Positions 27,529 through 37,900 of a DNA stretch of 64,000 nucleotides are shown one piece after another. The stretch comes from Candidatus Aenigmatarchaeota archaeon (GTDB taxonomy: Archaea; Aenigmatarchaeota; Aenigmatarchaeia; QMZP01): the NCBI GenBank assembly GCA_016783545.1, contig JADHWJ010000005.1:1605-65604 (forward strand), in the 5' to 3' direction. The notes beneath the pieces were generated by a model. The model was given only the letters and a program-made list of their open reading frames with translations, had not been told where the DNA came from and did no database searches. The translations under genes were made by a program, and so were the position numbers. The first letter of the stretch is position 1; each line of letters begins with the position of its first letter.

Positions 27529-29125
27529 TAAAATATTTTTCGGTGTGGCAGGTCTGGTTTTTATATTACTAGCACTACCTGTATATGCAACAGATGTTTC
27601 TGTTGATGTGTTAACTGTTTTACCAGATACAATAACCTCCCCGCAAGAATTCAGTATAGATGTTAACATAACAAATATAGATGAACTTGAACCAGCATGG
27701 GATATGAATGTGGTAATAGAAGGATTTATACTGGAAACAGGTGATTATTATTTAATCAATAAAACAAACATAAGTGTTCTATATACAGGTGACAGTGTTC
27801 TTTTAGAAGATATTGTATGGAATGTTAATAAGTCAGGTGAACATCTTCTTATAGTATCAGCAAGCCTGGAATATGATATAAATCGCAGTAATAATATAGT
27901 TACTAAAACCCTGAATTTCACTCCAGATGGTATGGATATAGCCACTGAAATTGTTTATGATGATATATTAAAATTGGGCGAGAGGAATATTATTCCTATA
28001 TATTTGACAAATCTAGGATCAGTATCCGGTTCTGTACAAGTTATATTGAATATGCACTCTATTACTAATGAAACACTTTTTGATGAGATAATTAATGTAG
28101 AACCTGGAGAAGAGCTCTATCTATACGCTAATTCAACACCAACCACTGAAGGGCTGTATCTGTTTGAACTCATGGCTATAAACGATAGTGATGTTATTCA
28201 AGAAAATAATTTTCAAAATAAGACATTAACAACTGTTGAAAATCCAACTATTGATATATTTGTAACAGATAGAAATGACAATAATGTTGCTGATAATATA
28301 TATGTGGAAATACCAGATTACCTGATTAATCAACATGTAGAGAATAATATCTCTTTAGAACTTCCTGAAATAGGACACAATTTTTATTTGAAAAAATACC
28401 ATGAAAATACTGCTGTTGTTATCATAACATTTGATGATGTATATCCAAACGAAACAATGAGACTTGTATTTGAAGATGTGGTAGAGACAGAATTGGAGAT
28501 AATTGGTTTCAAGCCTAGCTGGAATTATTCTAAAATAAATATATACATACTAGGTGCGAATCAATATCTAGAAAATATAAGTAATATAGATCTGCATATC
28601 TGTTCTGCATGGAATTTTGGATCAAATACCTGTTCTAATTGGCAGCAGATTGAACCAACTATTGAACAGACCATACTATTTTATAGTAGTATTGAGATGA
28701 TACAAGGACTAAAACTTACTGAGAACATAACACATGAATCTGAGCCAGTAACACAAGGAACACCCGGTAGCACAGGAACCACAGCACCTCCAAGTGGCGG
28801 CGTAATACCACAGACACCTAATACAACCAATACAACTAATGTTACTACTAATGTTACTACTAATATAACAGAGCCTGTAGCAAATATAACAGCACCAGTA
28901 TGCGCTGAAGGTGACAGGGTCTGTGCAGGGAATAGTCTTCAAACATGTAAAAACAATGAATGGAAAATAGATGTTTGTCCTAATGGTTGTAATAGTCTAA
29001 CAAAAGTCTGTAAAGAAAAGCCAATAGAATCAATAGTACAGGATAATACATGGGTATTAGTCATTATTGGCATTGTTGTTTTGATTGTAGCAGTGATTAT
29101 GATGTTTAGAAAAAATCTATTTTAA
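27509..29125 (+). CDS. Surface protein with CARDB-like domains, Thr/Asn-rich linker, Cys knot and C-terminal TM anchor
   Basis: Signal peptide. VSVDVLTVLPDTITSPQEFSIDVNITN-type beta-sandwich repeats. Linker TPNTTNTTNVTTNVTTNITEP. Cys-rich CAEGDRVCAGNSLQTCKNNEWKIDVCPNGC. C-terminal TM helix. Confidence 0.75.
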   Translation: MIYSMDNKIFFGVAGLVFILLALPVYATDVSVDVLTVLPDTITSPQEFSIDVNITNIDELEPAWDMNVVIEGFILETGDYYLINKTNISVLYTGDSVLLEDIVWNVNKSGEHLLIVSASLEYDINRSNNIVTKTLNFTPDGMDIATEIVYDDILKLGERNIIPIYLTNLGSVSGSVQVILNMHSITNETLFDEIINVEPGEELYLYANSTPTTEGLYLFELMAINDSDVIQENNFQNKTLTTVENPTIDIFVTDRNDNNVADNIYVEIPDYLINQHVENNISLELPEIGHNFYLKKYHENTAVVIITFDDVYPNETMRLVFEDVVETELEIIGFKPSWNYSKINIYILGANQYLENISNIDLHICSAWNFGSNTCSNWQQIEPTIEQTILFYSSIEMIQGLKLTENITHESEPVTQGTPGSTGTTAPPSGGVIPQTPNTTNTTNVTTNVTTNITEPVANITAPVCAEGDRVCAGNSLQTCKNNEWKIDVCPNGCNSLTKVCKEKPIESIVQDNTWVLVIIGIVVLIVAVIMMFRKNLF

Positions 29126-29139
29126 AATAATATTAGCTT

Positions 29140-31131
29140 TTATTGCTTGTATTTTTCTATGTTTCCCTTTATCATGTCTTTTTCTTTTGAATAAACAATA
29201 ACTGCAACGATTATGATAATTACTATGATAATAATCCAAGTGATGTCTGTTTGTTCTGTTCCACTAGGTGAATTTTTATCTCCTGCAGCAGTGTATTTAC
29301 CTTCTGGACGTACTTCTGGTTCGGTCTCTCTTGTTGTGTCAGCACCCGGGCTGGTTTCTACACTAGAAGGACTAAAAGGTTCTGGCTCAGAAAGTTCGTT
29401 GTTGTCATATTTAACTACTGTATTCTCTACAAGGTCAATGCTTTTGCCGTCAACTTCTATTTCTGGTGTTCCTTCAATAGAATAGATTTTAATACCATTC
29501 TCTGTATCTTCAATGAGAACAGATGATTTTATTTTTATTATCAATGGCGAAGCACTTGAAGTGACTGGTCCGCCTCCCTGAAGGAATCGCATTGCAACAC
29601 TCACTGGGAAGGATATTATTTTTCCTCCTATACTGGCAATTTTCCCTATGAGAAAAGAAAGCCCTTTTTTACCTGCCTTATCTTCTATGTCAAGCATTCC
29701 TATATATGATTCCAATTCCCTTACTGTAAGAGGCTCTGACAAAGACATTGCACTAGCTGGAAGCCAGGATTCAATTTCTATTCCATTGAAGTACTCTAAT
29801 TTTATATAGCCTCTCTGTGGTATGCTAATTACATCACTTGGGCGTATTATCATGTTTTCCTTTACTGGTATCTCTCTACCGCCTCTAAAGACCCGAACAC
29901 AACCAACAGATGTTTGTGCGCAGTTTGGAATATTTTCAAGCTTTTTTAGGTAAACAACGTGATCTATTGTAAATTCCTTTTCTCCTAGAAGTTTCAAATT
30001 ACGGTCTCTTACAAAAGCAAATAATTTTCTGTTCAATGCATCAAATACATCTAAACCATAATGTTTGCCCCAGTCACCACGTATTGGAAGAAATATTGTG
30101 CCTTCACTGCCGCAAAAATGATCTTTCCCAAGACTTTTACCCATTATAAGCAGACTGACATCAAAGCATTCATTATTTGTTGGTGTCTTGCTCCCTACTG
30201 ATGTTATTTCAAGTTCCCAGTCATGTGTTAATTTAATATCAAATTTATAATCACTGGTTTCCTCTATACAGGTACCGTCTTTGCAGACATAGCCAGATCT
30301 ATGGTCATTGCAGTCAATTGCTAAGGTTTTTTCCACACTGACACCAGTGCAGAAGTTTTGCTGTAGGCTATTATCCCAGCACCTGTCCTCAAACTCTGTT
30401 GAGCTACCAAGCATTGTATAAGTAACTACACCTTTTACAAAAGGATCGTTATCTGGGTCATTGTCAGTGCAGCTTACCTGCACTTCCTTTTCCACACATT
30501 GACCATTTTCGCATTCCTGGTCAGAAGAACATTGCATAACAGTTGAAGCAGATTTCCCATCTTGGCATATATAATGATTAACAGATGAACTGCTAGCACA
30601 CTCGTCATGGAGTTCCACTGTTGATCCATTATCATACGAGACAATAACAGATCCGGTAGTGGTGTCACTGCAGTCTATTACCTCTCCTTCTTTTTCAGGA
30701 CAGCCGTCTGCTTTCAGAATTTTGTTACCACTATCAGTATCATCACAATCACAGTCAGCACTTATCCCATCACTGTCTTCGTCTGTTGGAAAAGGACCAA
30801 AATCGTACGAGTAATGCCAACTTTCAGTATATTGGCAATCTGGAACTAACGCTGCACGTATTTCCTGGCCATTTTGAGTGGGCCAATTTACAGTACTTTC
30901 CAATGTTTTATATCCACTTTTGGTGACTGTGTATGGACAATCCACTCCAAATTCAAAAAGTCCTAGGTAGCAATTGCCATCATCATCGATTGTGGTTGAC
31001 TTGCCGCATGCGGATACACTGGCTCCAGGAGTTGACCATCTGCACGTGATTGGAAGTTCTACTTTTGCATTAACCATTGGGAAAACAAGTAAGCAAAAAA
31101 TTACAAATGTTATTAATAATATATTTTTCAT
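29140..31131 (-). CDS. Secreted Cys-rich protein with C-terminal TM anchor
   Basis: Signal peptide (LLITFVIFCLLVFPMVNA). Multiple Cys-rich modules. C-terminal ITWIIIIVIIIIVAVIVY. Convergent with the 24017-29125 operon. Confidence 0.75.
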   Translation of the reverse strand: MKNILLITFVIFCLLVFPMVNAKVELPITCRWSTPGASVSACGKSTTIDDDGNCYLGLFEFGVDCPYTVTKSGYKTLESTVNWPTQNGQEIRAALVPDCQYTESWHYSYDFGPFPTDEDSDGISADCDCDDTDSGNKILKADGCPEKEGEVIDCSDTTTGSVIVSYDNGSTVELHDECASSSSVNHYICQDGKSASTVMQCSSDQECENGQCVEKEVQVSCTDNDPDNDPFVKGVVTYTMLGSSTEFEDRCWDNSLQQNFCTGVSVEKTLAIDCNDHRSGYVCKDGTCIEETSDYKFDIKLTHDWELEITSVGSKTPTNNECFDVSLLIMGKSLGKDHFCGSEGTIFLPIRGDWGKHYGLDVFDALNRKLFAFVRDRNLKLLGEKEFTIDHVVYLKKLENIPNCAQTSVGCVRVFRGGREIPVKENMIIRPSDVISIPQRGYIKLEYFNGIEIESWLPASAMSLSEPLTVRELESYIGMLDIEDKAGKKGLSFLIGKIASIGGKIISFPVSVAMRFLQGGGPVTSSASPLIIKIKSSVLIEDTENGIKIYSIEGTPEIEVDGKSIDLVENTVVKYDNNELSEPEPFSPSSVETSPGADTTRETEPEVRPEGKYTAAGDKNSPSGTEQTDITWIIIIVIIIIVAVIVYSKEKDMIKGNIEKYKQ

Positions 31132-31169
31132 TTAACTCTAATAATAATTACTCATAGCCATTATTTAAA

Positions 31170-32363
31170 TTAAAAGAAATCACCAAGTCTTCTTTGCTTT
31201 AGTAACTTACTTCTTGATACATACTCATTCATGCTTATTCTGAGCTTGGAATCTGCATAGTCCATTGCCTCTTTTAATGTTGAAAATTCTTTTTTCTTCT
31301 TGTATGCGCTTCTTGCTGTCTGCCTCACCACCCATACACCTAAAGAGATGTTATATCCTTCATATATTTCCCTAAAAACAATAACCCTTGCCTGTCTTTT
31401 CATTTTTGAAAGCTTTTCCACGCAGGCTATCCTTGATGCATAATAACCGCCACCTTCCTGGTCTGCATATTTGGTTTTGCCTTTAAATGGTTCATATTCC
31501 TCTACTATCTCCATCTTCTTTAAACCTCGGCTCCACATGGAACCAGGCGCCCAGGCCTCGAAGTTCTCAAATTCCCAGTTACCTGGCATCATTAGAATAA
31601 CAAAATGATTGTCCAGATATTTGGACTCGAAAACAATGTAATTGTTTATAGATGGATACTCTCTTATTTTCTTCATGAGATCTTTTGCTATAAGATCATC
31701 GATTCCTGTTATTGACCAATGAGTTGGGACAATCTTTTTATTTTTTTCTAGTCCAAGAACACCAGAGCTTAGTATGGTTGAAAGTTTGTAGACATCTGTT
31801 CCTTTTTGATATAGAATATTAGCGGCCTCGTTTGCTTTCAGGTCGTCTGAAACTATCTTTTCTAATTTTTGCGGTATTTTTGGATTTTCCGCTATCCTGA
31901 GCTTCTTTAATGTTCCTGATGGTCCCATTGGCTGAGTCACATCAGAGAAACTTACATTATATGATGGCTTATTCTTAAATAAAACCTCTATATCGGTGGG
32001 TTTGCTTGCTAAGGCAAGTTCCTGTGCCTCCAGAATGTATCTAGAGTCAGACTTTACGTTTTCCTGGCGTCTGGAACGCAGGAGAAGGCTTCGAATTTCT
32101 ATTATCTCACTGTACTTTAAACCTAGCCATTTCTCTGGGTTGTCCATATTTGGACGTTCTTCTATTGCTGCCATAGGGCCTAATGAAACATTAGGATAGC
32201 CAAATCTACCTACAAAGAGATTATAACTTGGGCCAAAGAAATCTTCAGATATCTTTTTCTTTATTTCAGGTGCCATTTTGAATCTTGGTATAAGAGGGCA
32301 TGGGTTATTTCCGCAAAGAGCTCTCCCACCCTTACACATAAGGCATAGCCTTGTAGGGGACAT
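31170..32363 (-). CDS. Archaeal Nre-family (DUF650/DUF651) putative DNA-repair protein with a C-terminal PIP box
   Basis: N-terminal Cys cluster CLMCKGGRALCGNNPCP. About 400 aa. The C-terminus QRRLGDFF fits the PCNA-interaction consensus QxxLxxFF. Confidence 0.6.
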   Translation of the reverse strand: MSPTRLCLMCKGGRALCGNNPCPLIPRFKMAPEIKKKISEDFFGPSYNLFVGRFGYPNVSLGPMAAIEERPNMDNPEKWLGLKYSEIIEIRSLLLRSRRQENVKSDSRYILEAQELALASKPTDIEVLFKNKPSYNVSFSDVTQPMGPSGTLKKLRIAENPKIPQKLEKIVSDDLKANEAANILYQKGTDVYKLSTILSSGVLGLEKNKKIVPTHWSITGIDDLIAKDLMKKIREYPSINNYIVFESKYLDNHFVILMMPGNWEFENFEAWAPGSMWSRGLKKMEIVEEYEPFKGKTKYADQEGGGYYASRIACVEKLSKMKRQARVIVFREIYEGYNISLGVWVVRQTARSAYKKKKEFSTLKEAMDYADSKLRISMNEYVSRSKLLKQRRLGDFF

Positions 32364-32387
32364 TAAAAAGAATTGGATTCAGGAATT

Positions 32388-32780
32388 TTATTCTTTATCT
32401 TCTGGCTGTCTTGAACCTGTGGTATCCCATAATTTTATAGGAAAGGTGAAAGCATCAGTAATACCACCAGCTCTTTCAAATGCAATTGTTCTGTCTCCTA
32501 TATAGCTTTCAGGATAATCTTTAATGTCTGTTTCTGGAATAGCTTCATTACGTCGAAAGCTAACCCCAAGCTTAGTCCCAATCAGTTCAACAGAATCAAC
32601 ATTACCAACCAGACTTATATGTAATGGTATTTCATCTGGAGAAGCATACAATTCCTTATTAGCAGGGCAGCCAAAACTTAAACCAAATTCTTCAGCTACT
32701 TCCATAACACATGTTCTATATTCATCCAATTCAGGACACCCTATTACATATGTACCTAAAGATCTTACAGCTATTAACAT
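32388..32780 (-). CDS. Hypothetical protein, co-oriented 24 nt upstream of the Nre-like gene
   Basis: 130-aa ORF. A single HxS motif (PLHISLVG) is reminiscent of half a 2H phosphoesterase. Not assignable. Confidence 0.5.
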   Translation of the reverse strand: MLIAVRSLGTYVIGCPELDEYRTCVMEVAEEFGLSFGCPANKELYASPDEIPLHISLVGNVDSVELIGTKLGVSFRRNEAIPETDIKDYPESYIGDRTIAFERAGGITDAFTFPIKLWDTTGSRQPEDKE

Positions 32781-32838
32781 AAATTAAATTTAATAGTAAA
32801 TTTTAAATATTCAAAGCTTTTAAACAGAAAACTGAACT

Positions 32839-33078
32839 ATGTATATGGATATAGACCCTAACAAGGATTTCTTCATGGCGGTTCATGATGAATTCGAAGA
32901 ACCAGAAAGCCTGTACGTCTATGTTACTAGTAGGAAGTATGATATTGGTAAAAGGAATCATAAATATGATCATCATATAAAAGACTGTGATGTGTGCAGA
33001 AACTATGCATTACCTGAAGATGAGCATAACGCTTTAGTATTAGGCGTACTAGCAATAAAAAAAGAGGTAATAGACTAA
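32839..33078 (+). CDS. Hypothetical small protein
   Basis: 79-aa ORF. No recognisable motifs. Confidence 0.4.
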   Translation: MYMDIDPNKDFFMAVHDEFEEPESLYVYVTSRKYDIGKRNHKYDHHIKDCDVCRNYALPEDEHNALVLGVLAIKKEVID

Positions 33079-33169
33079 GTTTAATATATAGGTTTTTAAT
33101 AATAAAGATATTCGGAGATATTATGAAACATGAAAATTCAGTTTTCATGAACATAATATCGGAGATATT

Positions 33170-33856
33170 ATGAATTGTCCACAATGCGGAAATGGAATTG
33201 AAATGGGGTGGCACTACTGCCCCAACTGCGGTCTTAGCTTTAGAAAACAGTCTTTCTCTAACATATTCAAAAAGGTTTTCAATGATGTCAAAAGGGAGAT
33301 GGGTGTTACAGACAGGACAATGGAAAAGGATATAGAAGCACTTGATCTTTCGCCATTTTTCGAGAATTTTAATAAAGGCATGGAAAAACCCACCAGAAGA
33401 ATAATGCTACCAAAGAATAGGTCTGGTTTTTCTGTTAGAATAACATCTGGAACCGGTCGACCACCAAAAGTCTCTGTAAGAACATTTGGTAATGTTGACA
33501 GGGAGAATATTGAAAATCAGCTCAAAAAACAGCTGGGTATGAGGCAGCTTCAGGTTGCAAATCAACATGCAAAAACAGTACAGTCTAAACCCCAAGGAAT
33601 GGTTTTTAAGGAGCATAAAACAACTGAAGAGCCAAAAGAAAACATAAAAAGAACAGCCAATGGTTTAATTGTTGAGTTGGACATGCCTGGTGTGAATTCT
33701 GAGAATGATATTGAGATAAAAGAATTGGAAAACTCTGTTGAAGTTAAAGCAGTTGCAGGTGATAAGGCATACTTTAAAATTCTTACAAAACCTGAAAAAT
33801 TCCACCTAAAAGGAAAGAGCTTTGAAAACGGTAAATTGCTTCTAAAATTCGCCTAA
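33170..33856 (+). CDS. Zinc-ribbon / Hsp20 (alpha-crystallin domain) fusion protein
   Basis: N-terminal CPQCG...CPNCG. The C-terminal LIVELDMPGVNSENDIEIKELENSVEVKAV...GKLLLKF matches the ACD pattern. Confidence 0.7.
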   Translation: MNCPQCGNGIEMGWHYCPNCGLSFRKQSFSNIFKKVFNDVKREMGVTDRTMEKDIEALDLSPFFENFNKGMEKPTRRIMLPKNRSGFSVRITSGTGRPPKVSVRTFGNVDRENIENQLKKQLGMRQLQVANQHAKTVQSKPQGMVFKEHKTTEEPKENIKRTANGLIVELDMPGVNSENDIEIKELENSVEVKAVAGDKAYFKILTKPEKFHLKGKSFENGKLLLKFA

Positions 33857-33889
33857 AAACGCTTTTAAGTACCTATATTAAGATAATTT

Positions 33890-34609
33890 ATGATACTACA
33901 TAATTTTGGAGAAGAACCAGTATTTGAAAGAGATGGATTAAAAATTACTAGATATAGTGCTGATCCACAACGTATACAAAAGACTTCAGCAAATTATGGT
34001 ACATTCATATATGTTTCAGGTCCTGCTAATCTTTGGACTGGAGATTATAAGTGTTCTCTTCCAGAAAAGGGTGTTTTTGGTATAGTAAAATCAGACCAAG
34101 AATATGTTTTTCAGGCAAGAAATGACTCTGATCTATATGTTTTTGATGTTTTTGATATGGCAGAAGCTGCAAAAATATCTGAGTTTCCTGTTATCGATAT
34201 GAGAGAATGGAGTGATGAGATGTGGATATCATCAGATGGTTCTGTTGTAATGTATCCAGATAGTTCCAGAGTATTGCCAGATGGAGGAAGATCAGGATGG
34301 TTTACACATGCATATAAAGGAACTCATATTGGAATAGCTGATGCTGAATGGGAAGAAATAAGAGAAAATGAAGATCTTCATTATCATAAATTTACAGCAG
34401 AAGGTAGGATTACACTTGAAGGTGGTATGAAAGTGGCATGTGCAGGACAGGTAATAGATGTTCCAAGAGAACATATGCTTGTACTTGATCCTAAGTCAGG
34501 AGCACAGAGAATAGTAGAAATAGAAACACCTCACAGACATGTAGCTTGGAGCTGGCCTTCTTATCCAGAAGATCCAAATCTTGAGCCAGATAAGATAGAG
34601 ATAAAATAA
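33890..34609 (+). CDS. Hypothetical protein
   Basis: 239-aa ORF with normal composition. No family recognised. Confidence 0.55.
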   Translation: MILHNFGEEPVFERDGLKITRYSADPQRIQKTSANYGTFIYVSGPANLWTGDYKCSLPEKGVFGIVKSDQEYVFQARNDSDLYVFDVFDMAEAAKISEFPVIDMREWSDEMWISSDGSVVMYPDSSRVLPDGGRSGWFTHAYKGTHIGIADAEWEEIRENEDLHYHKFTAEGRITLEGGMKVACAGQVIDVPREHMLVLDPKSGAQRIVEIETPHRHVAWSWPSYPEDPNLEPDKIEIK

Positions 34610-34897
34610 TTAAACATTCCTACAAAGATCTATTATCTCACCGGTTGCATCGTCTATATTTAACTCTCCATTGGCAACCTTTTCAGCTATCTTTTCAATG
34701 GCTTCTCTTAGCTCTGGCTTTTCATCAAATATTGCTGCATGACCCCTTGTATCTCTCTTATATTGAGAAACAGCTGGCTGAGTTATTCTCAGTTTTTCTG
34801 CAATATCTTTTTGATTCATCCCAGAAGAAATCATTTTCTTTGCTATGATAGCACGAGCTGCAGGAAGAACTTCTATGAGCACTTTATCATAGGTCAT
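34610..34897 (-). CDS. Small HTH transcriptional regulator (archaeal COG2522-like)
   Basis: The HTH segment MNQKDIAEKLRITQPAVSQYKRDTRG. 95 aa. Confidence 0.75.
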   Translation of the reverse strand: MTYDKVLIEVLPAARAIIAKKMISSGMNQKDIAEKLRITQPAVSQYKRDTRGHAAIFDEKPELREAIEKIAEKVANGELNIDDATGEIIDLCRNV

Positions 34898-34941
34898 AAT
34901 ACACCTCCCGCCTTTATGTATACATTTGATGCGGGTAATTA

Positions 34942-37900
34942 TTATTTGTTTTTGCTGGTATAAATAACGCTGTTATTGTTTTTCTTTTTCTTCAAAATTA
35001 TTACTAAAATCGTTATTATAACTATAGCTATAACAGTTGCAAGACCAGCAATTGTCTCTGTTCCCATGCCAAAGAACGCACCAACAGGACTTGAAAGCTC
35101 TTCTTTTGGTTCTTCAATACATGCATTGTTTTCGCATTTATAATCACAGGTTTCTACAAGAGACCATTCATATTCATCTAAACATTTTTCCAAAGAAACC
35201 CCAGAGCATCTAAGTTCATCTTCTGTACATATTTTTGGTTTTTCTTTACAGGCTTTATTTTCACAACCATATTCACAATCTTCAGAAACCTGCCAAGAGT
35301 TATTGGAGCATATGTAAAGACTCTCATCACATTTTAATTCAGATTCTGTGCAGATAACTTCGATTACAGGAGCTGCAGCAGAGCTTCCAACAGTACCACC
35401 TGCACTACCTCCTCCTACATTAGGAGTAGCAGGGGCTGCCAAAGGATTTGAACCAGCATCATATTCAGCACCATCATCTGTTCCATCTCCATCTGTATCT
35501 GCAGTAGTTGGGCTTGTTCCTAGTTCTGTCTCTAAAATTTTAACAAGGCCATCAGAATCAGTATCAGAGAAATCATCATTTGCTTCTGTAAAATTATCTG
35601 TTCCGTTCACAAAATTATTAAAGAACCAAGTAAAATTACCTCCGGTTATGTTATTCACAGCGTTTATTATATCTGTATTGTTGTATCTGGAATTATAGAA
35701 ATTTTGGTATAGATATAGCATCACATCATTAAAGCTTTTATTAGTGGTATTTGAAGTTATGTTTTTATTCCAAAGATATGTTAACACAGCACCCTTTGAA
35801 TAATAAATTGTTTTGTAATTTGCTTCACCAACAACTCCACCCGAATCACTATTTCCTGCATCTATTAGAGAGACATTTAGACTGGAATTCGTTCCTGTTG
35901 CATTATTGAATGTGTCATACCAATCGCTCAGGCAGATATAATATTGCTTTCTATTGTAAAGACTGGAATTATATCTTGCAAGGCACGAATAATATTCAGT
36001 TACACCTTCTGCGAACCATTGTTCTGAGCTACTGTTAGCAATGAAGATATCTGAATTCCATAAATGAAATATCTGATGGCTTGTTGAATGCTCAATATCA
36101 TATGGTGTTGCATATACTGAATATCCGTTGCTATCTCCGTTTAAATCACTTCCAATAAACAAAGGATAGAAAACAAGTAGTTTACTGTTCAGACTTTCAT
36201 TAAATATGTCTACGTACACAGAATAGAAATTATCAGCATATGAAGAATTTGAGAAATCAGGTAGCTCTCCTGCATTGTTTTCATAATAGTATGTATTGTT
36301 ATGATATGTTCTGTTTGCATTTGAAGGATATGCAACTGTTATATTTGTTCCATTAACCAAAGTGCTGCTTACAGTTAGGTTTCCGATTGCAATAATGGAC
36401 TCTAACCCTTTGTTTGAATATATTGAATATGTGCTATTGGTATGGTTTAATGGAATGGCTATTGTCCAGTTCTCTGGCACACTGAACACCATAGAGGTTG
36501 AAAAGTTTATGCTTCTATTTGATGGATAAAAGAAACTGGATTTTCCAATGATTAATCCATAATCCAGATCAAATGCATTTCTTCCAAGTGAGTATGAGGT
36601 ATTTGACTGATTTATTTGCGTAACATTTACGCTATATGAAACAATTGCCTGACTAAAGCTGGTTGTATTAATTACTTTGAGACTTGAATTGCCTGTCACA
36701 TTCAGTTCTGTTGAGTTATCTGTGACATTAAAACCTATTATATAATCAGGTGTTGGTATGGAAAAATTGAATTGTGATATATTCAGATTAGTTATGTTTA
36801 TAGTTACATTAAATTCTGTATCTGAGAAATTGTTTATTGTGATGTTATATAACAGATCAGGCGTATAAACTGAAAAAGAGATGTTTGAACTATTGATGTT
36901 CCCAGCAGAATCATTCGCATAAATAGTTACAACTGAAACCTGATCATCTAATGAACTGAAACTGGAATTGGAGCAGTTCTCCAAGCTTGTGCTTGTTCCA
37001 TTATATTCGTACCAGCAGGAGTCCAAATAGCTTTCATTAACTGAATAATTCAAATCTAATAATAAGGCATTATAAACATCATCTGAAGGTGAATCTATTG
37101 TTATTCTTGGAGCTGTTGTGTCAATAGTAACGATATTGGTTCCTGAGATATTTGTAACAGTGTCATTGGAACAGTTTATGTGCCATTCGTAAATAGATTC
37201 AGATATATTAAGGCTGAATACTGTTTCTATATTTAAAGAGACAGTATCATTTGTCTGGTTTAATGTATTGTTTATATAAAGGCTGCAATTAAGAGCAGAA
37301 TCTATTGCCCTGGTAGCATTAAATGAGAATAAGACTGTCTGATTGTTTGTGAAACTATTGTTTTCAGGGGAAATTAGTATTATGGATATATCTGGCTCGT
37401 TTATGGCATATGTCCAGGAGTCTGTTGAGTTTACATTCCCTGATGTGTCATTTGCATACCATTTGTAGCTATAATTTCCTAATGTAAGATTAAACATATT
37501 GTAATAGTATTCATTTCCTGTTCTGTTTTCAGCAGTATAATTTGTTCCATTGAATTCAAAGATAACAACATCTATTGTAAATGAATCTGACCAAGTGATA
37601 TTGAACTGGTAACTTTGGTTTTCAGTATATAATCCACTGGAATTTGGACTTGTTTTATTATCAGACCATAGAGGATTACCCAGATCATTGAAAATCAATG
37701 AGTATTCTTGAGGCGCCTGGGGCATACTAGTTCCGTTAACAATAACTGTATAATTACCAGAGGATGCGTTGTTGATAATAATTTGCTCTATGTTGTTAAT
37801 ACTATCATTTCCTGTTGTGGCTGGTTGTGTTAGATTGCTGAGATTTAAAATCCATGGGTAGAATCTATCACCAGTTGAATTTTCAATCCAAAGGTCTAGA

